Shown here: piece by piece, positions 55,041 to 64,000 of the stretch | How the letters are laid out: each line of letters begins with the position of its first letter | How positions within the stretch are numbered: the stretch's first letter is position 1 | IMG/VR virus record: IMGVR_UViG_3300043775_000410 | Coordinates: 9,161 to 73,160 of that record | Length of the DNA stretch: 64,000 bases | Direction: 5' to 3' (one strand) | From: a virus | Lineage: Duplodnaviria; Caudoviricetes | Notes under the pieces: model-generated | Databases searched by the model: none | Seen by the model: the letters and a program-made list of their open reading frames with translations, nothing else | Told to the model about the DNA's origin: nothing | Position numbers and translations under genes: made by a program

Positions 55041-56855
55041 TTATACTGGGTTCTCGATATTCCAAATACGTTCCGCTAGCTGATTTATAGCAGCTGTAAA
55101 CGTAAATACATTGCTTGTCCAATGGGTTACATTACCCATTGTATATAATGTATCTCCGGTGATTAACAAGTTACCACTAACCGTTAAATTAACAGCATTT
55201 AATGTATCTATAGTACCGCTAGGAGAATATACACTATCACTAAACATACCGATGTTAGAAGTAATAGCAATACCGCTGGACACTGGAGATAGGTTTGACT
55301 GGCCAACTGGGCCAATAGCGTAATTAATTCTGTCTCCAGTTGCTGTTCTTGGGTTAGTTAGTTTAGCGTAAAAAGCCAGATCTTGTAGTATAAGTTCGCT
55401 TGTACCATTGATGTCTGCAAAGTTTGTAGTGTCATAAACATTTCCGTTATTGCTAATATAAACATACCTTCCTAATATATCGGCAGCTGTAGTGCCAGTA
55501 ACAGTAAAACCAATGACATCAATTGATATAAATTCATCATCGGAAGCAGGAGCATTATAAATCTTAGATACATTAAGTTCAATATTCACAGTACCATTGT
55601 AAATTAAACCTGTATATGTTACGTTATCTGTAAATGATGTTGCGTTCGCTCCGCCAAATGGTTTTACATCTTCGCCTAAAATATCTACAAATTCTATTTC
55701 TTCGGCACTGTCGTATGATATACTAATACCATCGTCTGTGTATAGATCAATTTGATCATATGGATATACTCCGCCATTATCAATGGTTACATTAGATATG
55801 TAGCCGGCGCCATTTGACTCTACATTATACACAGGAGCAGCTACACCTTGATAGCCCTGCTCGTATAACGTAGGTTCGGATAGCCACGGTCCTGAGCCAA
55901 TGAATCCAGATATATCCCAGAACTCAGTAACTTCATAGGCTCCGCCGGTGGTTGTTATGTTACCCGACATCACGATTCCTGCTGGAGTTGCTGAAATAGT
56001 TTGTCCACCTAAGTTAATTGTATTTCCACTAACCCACAACTCTTTCCATTGTGCAGTTTCACTACCTAAACTATATGTTACGTTAGCACTAGGGATAATA
56101 TTTCCAAATGTTGCTGTCCCGTTTGTAATATTGTTAATCGATGTTAGCTGTGTCTCAGCATTTGCTTCCCAGGCTGTTGTAACTGCATCAACATAACCCG
56201 TCATTGCTGTGTTGGATGAGGTAACATTTGATTGAACATTAGAAATTAACGATGTTAATGTTACACTTAGATTGGCATCGCTACCAAGTGCATTAGCAAT
56301 TTCGTTTAGTGTATCTAATGTTCCAGGGGCACCATTTATCAAACTAGTAATTTGTCCGTCAACATAGCCTTTAAGTGCTGTGTTAGCTGTTACTATAGCG
56401 GCATTTGCTCCTGTAACTGAATTACCGACTGTAGTAATTGCAGCATCAACATAGCCTTTAAGTGCTGTGTTAGCTGTTACAATGGCAGCATTTGCTCCTG
56501 TAACTGAATTACTGATAATAGTATCCTGTGCATCAACGTAGCCTTTAAGTGCTGTGTTAGCTGTTACAATGGCAGCATTTGCGCCTTCAATTTGACTTAA
56601 TTGTGCTGTGGCATTTGCCTGCCAAGCAGTTGTAACATCAGCAATGGCTCCACTTTGTACTGCGGCATTGGCTGTAGTCAACGCAGTTAAATTTGCTAAA
56701 TCTGTAACTACAGTACCAAGGATGTATGTTTGTAATTGAGAGACATTACTTTGTAATGTTGTTAATGTTCCGGCAACATTACCAACTACTGGTACTATTA
56801 CATTTCCCTGTACTGTAGTTAAATTTCCTAATAGGCTAATCTTAATCGTCGACAT
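55041..56855 (-). CDS. Tail fibre protein with coiled-coil repeats
   Basis: ANAAIVTANTALKGYVD x3; APGTLDTLNEIANALG fibre motif. Confidence 0.8.
   Translation of the reverse strand: MSTIKISLLGNLTTVQGNVIVPVVGNVAGTLTTLQSNVSQLQTYILGTVVTDLANLTALTTANAAVQSGAIADVTTAWQANATAQLSQIEGANAAIVTANTALKGYVDAQDTIISNSVTGANAAIVTANTALKGYVDAAITTVGNSVTGANAAIVTANTALKGYVDGQITSLINGAPGTLDTLNEIANALGSDANLSVTLTSLISNVQSNVTSSNTAMTGYVDAVTTAWEANAETQLTSINNITNGTATFGNIIPSANVTYSLGSETAQWKELWVSGNTINLGGQTISATPAGIVMSGNITTTGGAYEVTEFWDISGFIGSGPWLSEPTLYEQGYQGVAAPVYNVESNGAGYISNVTIDNGGVYPYDQIDLYTDDGISISYDSAEEIEFVDILGEDVKPFGGANATSFTDNVTYTGLIYNGTVNIELNVSKIYNAPASDDEFISIDVIGFTVTGTTAADILGRYVYISNNGNVYDTTNFADINGTSELILQDLAFYAKLTNPRTATGDRINYAIGPVGQSNLSPVSSGIAITSNIGMFSDSVYSPSGTIDTLNAVNLTVSGNLLITGDTLYTMGNVTHWTSNVFTFTAAINQLAERIWNIENPV
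56360..56582. repeat. Three 87-bp-period direct repeats (29-aa units) in the tail fibre gene
   Basis: CAAC(A/G)TAGCCTTTAAGTGCTGTGTTAGCTGTTAC at 56360, 56447 and 56534. Confidence 0.9.
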
Positions 56856-56857
56856 TC

Positions 56858-59800
56858 TTAATCCTCAATAATTGTGTTACCATCTTCAGTAGTTAGTGTA
56901 TTTACCGCATCTTCTGTCGTAATCATATCTTTAATTGCAGTAACTACAATATTTGATGCTGTGCTGGCTTTTAAGAATGTAACTGGTACAGTTGTTGCAC
57001 CATCAAATCCAGTACCATCTGTTGCTATGCCAGTGCCTAAATTATACCACACATTTGTTGTATGTAATGATATATTTGCTGCAATAGTTACATTGCCATT
57101 ACTATCAACAAACGGATTGCCAATATCGTTTCTACCAACCGGTACAATACTCAATGGATACACATTTCCAGTACTATTACCATTTATTATTATTTCTGAA
57201 TTAATTGCTGCATTACCGGTTACGGTAGTAGGATACACTGCAATGTTAGATCCATTAATAGCAATATTACCGGCTAGTTTACCCGCAGTTAATGTTGTAA
57301 TACCATAGTAATTTACAGCAACGTTACTAATATTAGCACCTGTGGTCAACACTGTTACATTGGCACCAGTTGATGCTTGCGTTATATAATCTCCGCTAGA
57401 TACTGTAACGTTACTGCTTAGTGTCACATAGTTTTCTTGGAATGCTAGGCTGGTTGTATTATTTTTTATAACCAATAATACTCGTGCTACAGAATCGATA
57501 CCAGCTACAGTCAATGATGCACCAGATACAGTTTGTGTTATTACATCACCTACGTTAGCACTTACACTGCCAGTCAATGAAAGGTAATATGAACGAGTTG
57601 ATGTTACTGTTCTTGTAATCGGTGTGTCAATATTAACATTGCTGTTTACCGGATGCAATGATGATACTGTACCATTGATAGTAATAACATTACTTAGGCC
57701 GGTATTACAACTAAATGTGCCTTCATATGAAACTATTACATTTGCAGTGCTAGATGCACTCGATACGACTCTCCAACTTGCTGTGCTCGGAGCTTGTGTT
57801 ATTACATCACCTACATTAGCTGTGATAGTGTTATTCAATTGTATACTTGCAAATCTTACTGTAGCTTGACTAACTCCAGGAACAATTTGATCAACACTAC
57901 CATCAGTAACAACTGTACCTGCGTATTGAATCGCTGGAATAGCAGTTCCCTGTGTTCCGCGACGTATTTGTCCCAGTGTATTGGTTATTAAATCACGAGT
58001 GTAATAAGTTATACGTTCACCGTTAATGAATATTACTCCCGGAATAGCTAGTTGTGCAATCCCAGTTATATCTAAAAATGGCTCAAACAATTTGCTAGCA
58101 TCTGCTACAACAATTTCAGTGTCAGTTATTCCTAACGGAGCCGCTAGTGTAGTTGAATATGCATCAGCAATACGTAGATAACTTTCTTCACGCATCATGT
58201 TACTAAACATTCTGTAGGCAATTACATCAACGTTGCCGTTAATTTTAGTATAAACCTGCATGTCTAATGTATCAAATACAATACCAGGAACCATTTCTTC
58301 CGGTGCATGACTTGAGTATGTATCAACATAAGCACCACCAACAACATTAATATCTTCGGGGCGAGTGCCTATAGCTAAATCTGTATAACTACTGCGTATA
58401 AGAGTATCTACAGCGGCATCATCTACCATAGGTGTGCCGTCTGAGTCGTATTGAACTTGATCAAATAACCCATTGTCGAATTGATCCGCTGTCCCGTTAG
58501 GTATATACTCTATAGAGGTTGGATATATCGATTGCCAGCCGCCGTTTATTCTAATATTACCTTGACGTATTGAATTATTGCCAGTAATAAAGTCAGCGGT
58601 AGATTTAATTATACCTTGAATTTTATTAGCAGAAATTATCTTAGTTACAGTAATAGCTGCATCACCAACATTAAACGTTACCTGCGGTTGTGTTGATCCA
58701 ATTGTTCTATATACCGGAGTGATTCCTACATTAGACCAACTGCTGGTTAATGTAGAATATGTATTAACAACTTGTTCAACTCCGTCTATTATAATATTTC
58801 CGGTACTGGTAAAATCATCATTGGTATTAATTATAAAATAGCCCGAGTCTGCGTTTACAATGTTTCCGGGATTGCCTGTGCTAATGTCGTTTCCGTATAC
58901 AGTAACATTTGCGTCAGTGCCGACTTGCGTAATGAATTGACCCACCGTTGCATCAATCGGGTGACTAAATGTCATTAGTATATCAGCTTCGGGCTGAGTT
59001 ACTGTACTGCCTACGTTAACCACAATCGGAGCATTGAATGTTATATTTGCCTTAGTCGCTCCACTAAACACAGCACTTTGATCAAAATTAAGACCCTGTA
59101 CTTTTACACCCGGATAGTCGATACCACGTACTAGTTGATTTAAATCACGTGCTGGCATCAATCGAGTTGGATCATAGTAGCCCACAATACGATCGTTAGC
59201 ATTGTTAAAATTTGAAGAATTATATACAGTGTAATCTTCTGTTAGTACAAAAATAGGACTAGATATTATATTTGTTTTAACTTCATAAGCAGTACGGGCG
59301 CCGCCCGCTAACATGTCCTTGTGAGTAACAATATCACCTGCAGAATATGCCGTATTTGCAGACCATTCCTGTACACTACTTGTGTAACTGATTCTGTCAA
59401 ATTTTAATGTTGTATCAAACGTTCTAACTTGATTATTTTTAAGTACAGCATAAGCAGTAGCCGGCGTGGTATTACTACCATTGATTAGTACTGTAGGAGT
59501 TTGGAAATATCCACTACCGTTAGTTAAAATTTCAATAGCAATTACTGTACCTAGATCAAAATCAATAATTGCACGTGCAGTTGCTCCGGACGCCGCAGTG
59601 CCTCCGCCAACAATAGCAACGATTGGTTCACTAGTATATCCACTACCGCCTGATTCCACAACGATACTTTCAACACGATAATTTCTATTTACATACCATT
59701 GATTGTAAGTATCAGTTTGCCATAGTGCTTCATCTTTAATTATATTCTCACCACTTGGACTACGGAATACTTTTGTTTCTGTATCGTAGTATGGCGGTAA

Positions 59801-62800
59801 GTCAAAGTCTGTTACACTACCTGCAAATTCATCATTACTATCATAGTTAATAGAATACTCACGTATTTTAGTTGAATACGGTTTGACTTCTGAAATATAA
59901 TCTTCGTAATAGGTTTGATTATCTTTAATGTAGTTTGGATATTGCAACAACGAACGCAATTTATGTGATACACTGATGAAACTAGTTTTAAATATCCAAT
60001 CAACATATTTTTGTTCATTGAATAGATAGTTAATCATTACAAAGAATAATTTGTTAAATTCTGCTTCTAACTCGCCGACAAATATATCATCTTTAAGTGC
60101 AGTAATTATATAACGAATTTCAGTGGTTGGAGTTTTATTATTAATAAAATTACCAGTTGATGTTTTTAATTGTATAGTACCATTTTCAATTCCTACTACA
60201 TCGAATTGATTATTACTGTTAAGTACAAGTAAGTTCCAGCCGCGATTAACTCCGTTGGCAACTCTAACCAACACATCGTCGCCGACTGCCACTGGCAATT
60301 TTAATGCATCAGTTAACGTATCAACTACATATTCAAGTTGTGTATCTTCGCCGTAACCAGGGGCATACCAATCAACATAATCCCAGTACAGATCAGTTTT
60401 ATAACTTTGTGTTCTAATAGCCGACCAAGTTTTATTTGCAGACAACTCGTATAATACCCACAAATTATCCTGTGTGGTATTTTGACCAACCAATACTTTA
60501 TATCCTGTGCTTAACACCGCTGTGTCAAGATATTGTAATTCTATTTCAGTTTCTATCTTTAAATCATACTCGCCCAGTTTAAAATTAGGTTCTGGTTCAG
60601 CAGTGCTGAGTGTAGTTAAATCGTAATTTCTTGAGATAGGTTTAGTTATTAAAATATTGTTAGCATATTCCACTAAGTTAGCGTAGGCAGCTAGTCTGTC
60701 AACAAAAATAGTCTGACGTGGTCTCGTACCTAGTCCAAATTTATCCGCCGGGCTAAGAGTAGGATCAGGTACTTCTGCGCCTAGTATATCAATACCGGCT
60801 AGACTATCAATTAATTTATTGATAATTTTTGAAGATATTATACTATCTGCGTTGCCTTTTTGTACTAATTCATATTCGCTGTGAATGATATTAGTATTCT
60901 TAACTGTATTATAGTCAAGATGTAATATAGTGTTTTGCGCAGAAAGATAATTGTCTACGTTATACACAACAAATGAATTGTCCTGTATAATTGCTGCGTA
61001 AGGAATACCTTGATTCTTAGGATTTTCGATTATGTCTTGAATTGCAACAATAGGTATACGTCTAGTAGTGCTAGTCGGATCAACTGTTGTTTTGTCTTTG
61101 ACCCAATAGAAATATTTGATACTAATAATATTAGTAACTGGGTCAACATATATAAGTTCAACATACGCACTATCGTCGGCATATTTCGGAATGCCTTCGC
61201 CGCCGTTAGCAACATAAGCACTCGGTAGATATGAACTTTCTACCCATTCTAACACTTCAACTGTTGAACCAGGGAATAGTTGACCCCAGTTAATGCTGCG
61301 ATATGTTAACGAATCTTGCTCATAGTCGATATAACTAAGTTGATTTAGATTCCACCATACTTGTCCTACTTGTCGGCCATTCCAGAATATACTGTCATTT
61401 AAACTAACTGCACTGTTGGTGCCGCGATTGTATACCGCAGGATCGTAGCCAGTTTTATATGATATTTCTTGTTCTGCACGACCAAGTATTTTACCTTTTG
61501 CAGGATCAATAAATTCTAAAGTAGTTAGAATAGTGTTTGTTAATTTACTGTATAGATACATTCTACTAACTGATTCTATATCTACACGAGGTTGTTGATA
61601 TCTAATTAAACTCCAACCACGTTTGTTTATTGTGTTATTAAACAAGTAGATACTGCCACCATTTTCTATAGTAGTATCATCAGTTGGCGCACTTACTACA
61701 ATATGTCCACCGATTACATCAAATGCCGCGCCAAATCCGTCGCCTGAGTTTAAATCTGTTGGATCAAGTTGTTGACAGAATGCATAACGTCCTGGATTCT
61801 CAACTTGGTCACGTGGGTCATCATATAATTCATATGTGTAAACACTACCACTTGCTTTAACTTCGTCTAATAGTGCTGTAGAATCATCATCGAGTGTTGT
61901 GTTAATATTGTTCAGTGTGCTAGTTGAATCTAATAGATATTGTTCTGGATTTACTATTAATTCGTTATAGGTTAGACTGGTTGGGTCAGTGTCAATAATA
62001 TATTCAGGTGCGTTAGGATATAATAAGTCTGTATGCGCATCAAATGTAGCATAATGTTTTGTTGTTCCACGTTCACTACTAATAACCAGCATGTATGCAT
62101 TGCGAGCCAAGATAACTTTAGTACCAAAATATTCATTGTTACTACGATATGGGTTAACAATAATCTGCATGAACGCAAATATAGCCAAGCCTGCATCTTC
62201 ATACACTGTACCACTGCCTGATAAGACACGTAAGCGATTTTTAGCTACAGTTTTATCACTGTCTAATCTTAAGTATCCATTTTCATTAACTGCGGTGATA
62301 CCTAATAGGTTAGCATCATTAATATCTTCGATTAAACTATCTAAACTTGTACCAGTCACAGTAATTTGGAAGTTATCTAGTCGAATTGTATTGCCTGGAG
62401 TAAACGTTGGATTTTGTGTATAGCCTGTGTTAGTACCGTACAAGGTTCCTCTGTTATGGAATTTCCATACTGCACCAGTATTGTAAATTGTACCGGCATT
62501 ATAATAAGGAGCACCAATATAGAATGCGCAGTTGTTTGAACAGATAGTCAGGGCTGTACCAAATCGTGCACCTTCTTGAATAGCATTTAGACTACCATCT
62601 AAACTGTCAATGCCAATCAATCTTTCTAATAGAGTAAATTCATTTGTTTCAACATTGACAACTTTACCAACACCTAATGGAACATTTAATGTAACTGTAT
62701 TAGTTCCCGGGGTTGCAGTATATTCGCTGCGAGGCAATTCAATTCCGTCAACAGTTACTTTATACACAGGTGCAATTGTTTCTACTGTGGTATACACTGT

Positions 62801-64000
62801 ACCAGTTGTACTGGTAAATGCTTCGATAACACGATCGTATGCGTATACTGCGCCGGCTTCATCAAGCAAGTCGCCACTAGAGCCAATTACACTGTCAGCT
62901 GGTGCGCCAACACCAAGTTGTGCACCGTTTAAACTAGCATCAATACAAAAACCAAATTCACTGCCCGCCGGTCCGTTAATAGTTTTAACTAATGTGTAGT
63001 ACGGACCTTGTGAAACTGTCAGCGTATCATTGACGTTTCCGGATATAAATGTTATTGTTGTTCCAGATAATGTGTAATCAATATTTGGAATGTATGTACG
63101 TGTTTCGCTAGTAACTACTAATGAATTAGCATCGTCGGTTACTTCGGGTGTAAACGGTACTGTTATAGATGATACTGAACCAGATGTAGTAACATTTCCC
63201 GTAGCTTTAGTTACAAAGCGTTGTAAGCCATATACATACACTTTTGGAGTTGCTTCGTACGGAGCGCCAACATACAACCAGTGGCCTAACTCATCAAACG
63301 CAAAGCCATAGCCAAACTGTCCATCGACAGCACTGACATTGCCTGTAATAACCTGTCCTCTATTCCATACAGTTTCGCCTTCTAGTTTGTTGTAGGTATA
63401 GATTAAACCAACATTAGCGGCGCCGCCGGCACCAGAACTTGTTGGTGCGTTAACTGCTAACGTTTCTCTTCCGGCAACTCCATCATCAATGAACGGATCA
63501 ACTGCTGTATCAATGTGCGAACCGTAAGTAAATGTATTTGCACCATCAGGTGTTATAGTTGTCGATTCAGTATAGACATTTGAAGTATTTTTATCAAATA
63601 CATTTACTGCACCTGTGTTAGTAGAAACAGATAAGTTTGCATACAAAGTGGTACCGACAAAAATAGTTTGCTCGATGTTGTCAATCATTTTTAATGCTTG
63701 ACCGTAGCCTATGTTTGCAGAATATTCGCTAGTCGATTTTACTAAGCGTTGACCTAATTCCCACGGATGTGTTTTTTCGTATACTTTCCATGTACCGCTT
63801 GGTTGCGTACCAAATGGCTGGCCTTGTACAGCATTAGTTTCCGCATCTTCATCGATCCAAATCTTTTCACCAACTTTCCATTGATGTAAAGGAGTATATA
63901 AACGTGCATCTTCCATATATTGGAATCGTATACTATCTAAAATAAACAACATACCATCACTGTCAAGTGTAGTTAATTGTGTTGTGTCACCGGAATATTT
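56858..64000 (-). CDS. Giant baseplate/tail structural protein (>2380 aa, 5'-truncated by the window)
   Basis: Frame open to the window end; FG-GAP-like repeats (FG...VGAP...GAVY); EVKPYSTKIRE; GGSGY repeats. Confidence 0.75.
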   Translation of the reverse strand, partial: KYSGDTTQLTTLDSDGMLFILDSIRFQYMEDARLYTPLHQWKVGEKIWIDEDAETNAVQGQPFGTQPSGTWKVYEKTHPWELGQRLVKSTSEYSANIGYGQALKMIDNIEQTIFVGTTLYANLSVSTNTGAVNVFDKNTSNVYTESTTITPDGANTFTYGSHIDTAVDPFIDDGVAGRETLAVNAPTSSGAGGAANVGLIYTYNKLEGETVWNRGQVITGNVSAVDGQFGYGFAFDELGHWLYVGAPYEATPKVYVYGLQRFVTKATGNVTTSGSVSSITVPFTPEVTDDANSLVVTSETRTYIPNIDYTLSGTTITFISGNVNDTLTVSQGPYYTLVKTINGPAGSEFGFCIDASLNGAQLGVGAPADSVIGSSGDLLDEAGAVYAYDRVIEAFTSTTGTVYTTVETIAPVYKVTVDGIELPRSEYTATPGTNTVTLNVPLGVGKVVNVETNEFTLLERLIGIDSLDGSLNAIQEGARFGTALTICSNNCAFYIGAPYYNAGTIYNTGAVWKFHNRGTLYGTNTGYTQNPTFTPGNTIRLDNFQITVTGTSLDSLIEDINDANLLGITAVNENGYLRLDSDKTVAKNRLRVLSGSGTVYEDAGLAIFAFMQIIVNPYRSNNEYFGTKVILARNAYMLVISSERGTTKHYATFDAHTDLLYPNAPEYIIDTDPTSLTYNELIVNPEQYLLDSTSTLNNINTTLDDDSTALLDEVKASGSVYTYELYDDPRDQVENPGRYAFCQQLDPTDLNSGDGFGAAFDVIGGHIVVSAPTDDTTIENGGSIYLFNNTINKRGWSLIRYQQPRVDIESVSRMYLYSKLTNTILTTLEFIDPAKGKILGRAEQEISYKTGYDPAVYNRGTNSAVSLNDSIFWNGRQVGQVWWNLNQLSYIDYEQDSLTYRSINWGQLFPGSTVEVLEWVESSYLPSAYVANGGEGIPKYADDSAYVELIYVDPVTNIISIKYFYWVKDKTTVDPTSTTRRIPIVAIQDIIENPKNQGIPYAAIIQDNSFVVYNVDNYLSAQNTILHLDYNTVKNTNIIHSEYELVQKGNADSIISSKIINKLIDSLAGIDILGAEVPDPTLSPADKFGLGTRPRQTIFVDRLAAYANLVEYANNILITKPISRNYDLTTLSTAEPEPNFKLGEYDLKIETEIELQYLDTAVLSTGYKVLVGQNTTQDNLWVLYELSANKTWSAIRTQSYKTDLYWDYVDWYAPGYGEDTQLEYVVDTLTDALKLPVAVGDDVLVRVANGVNRGWNLLVLNSNNQFDVVGIENGTIQLKTSTGNFINNKTPTTEIRYIITALKDDIFVGELEAEFNKLFFVMINYLFNEQKYVDWIFKTSFISVSHKLRSLLQYPNYIKDNQTYYEDYISEVKPYSTKIREYSINYDSNDEFAGSVTDFDLPPYYDTETKVFRSPSGENIIKDEALWQTDTYNQWYVNRNYRVESIVVESGGSGYTSEPIVAIVGGGTAASGATARAIIDFDLGTVIAIEILTNGSGYFQTPTVLINGSNTTPATAYAVLKNNQVRTFDTTLKFDRISYTSSVQEWSANTAYSAGDIVTHKDMLAGGARTAYEVKTNIISSPIFVLTEDYTVYNSSNFNNANDRIVGYYDPTRLMPARDLNQLVRGIDYPGVKVQGLNFDQSAVFSGATKANITFNAPIVVNVGSTVTQPEADILMTFSHPIDATVGQFITQVGTDANVTVYGNDISTGNPGNIVNADSGYFIINTNDDFTSTGNIIIDGVEQVVNTYSTLTSSWSNVGITPVYRTIGSTQPQVTFNVGDAAITVTKIISANKIQGIIKSTADFITGNNSIRQGNIRINGGWQSIYPTSIEYIPNGTADQFDNGLFDQVQYDSDGTPMVDDAAVDTLIRSSYTDLAIGTRPEDINVVGGAYVDTYSSHAPEEMVPGIVFDTLDMQVYTKINGNVDVIAYRMFSNMMREESYLRIADAYSTTLAAPLGITDTEIVVADASKLFEPFLDITGIAQLAIPGVIFINGERITYYTRDLITNTLGQIRRGTQGTAIPAIQYAGTVVTDGSVDQIVPGVSQATVRFASIQLNNTITANVGDVITQAPSTASWRVVSSASSTANVIVSYEGTFSCNTGLSNVITINGTVSSLHPVNSNVNIDTPITRTVTSTRSYYLSLTGSVSANVGDVITQTVSGASLTVAGIDSVARVLLVIKNNTTSLAFQENYVTLSSNVTVSSGDYITQASTGANVTVLTTGANISNVAVNYYGITTLTAGKLAGNIAINGSNIAVYPTTVTGNAAINSEIIINGNSTGNVYPLSIVPVGRNDIGNPFVDSNGNVTIAANISLHTTNVWYNLGTGIATDGTGFDGATTVPVTFLKASTASNIVVTAIKDMITTEDAVNTLTTEDGNTIIED

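Noticed and set aside
56360-56582. CRISPR array or DGR template/variable repeat
   Set aside because: Repeats are in-frame protein units with synonymous differences; no unique spacers, no adenine-specific mismatches, no cas or reverse transcriptase gene in the window
1-64000. Stop-codon reassignment
   Set aside because: Standard-code ORFs tile the window densely, and conserved enzymes end properly at TAA, TAG or TGA
1-64000. tRNA/rRNA genes, introns, inteins, integrase or IS elements
   Set aside because: Intergenic gaps are short and explained by promoters or terminators; thyA, folE and queE are uninterrupted; no such motifs recognised by eye

Overview
This window is a densely coded, AT-rich segment of a large lytic tailed dsDNA phage (myovirus/jumbo-like, standard genetic code). 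I saw no tRNA, rRNA, CRISPR array or integrase. The + strand arm (1-30.6 kb) carries: a 7-deazaguanine DNA-modification pathway (DpdA-type transglycosylase, DpdL-type T-fold protein, FolE, QueE, two-domain QueD, no QueC in view) with an embedded glycosyltransferase and a miniature DegT-like enzyme; an exported subtilase; RNase H and DEDDh nucleases; an early region with many sigma70 promoters (HD hydrolase, LPD29-like protein, AAA+ ATPase, vWA-metallopeptidase); DHFR and ThyA; and an amino-sugar operon. The - strand arm (30.6-64 kb) carries a ~20 kb glycan-tailoring block (GT-A-like proteins, carbamoyltransferase, SGNH proteins, five twitch-type radical SAM genes) directly downstream of tail fibre and baseplate genes. 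The most striking hidden signal is that the AAA+ and vWA genes are specifically purged of TC/CC on the coding strand, which is GA/GG on the template strand. This may be a footprint of a bulky guanine modification or of a sequence-specific RNA/ssDNA attack. All family assignments come from motif recognition, not database searches, and all counts are manual.
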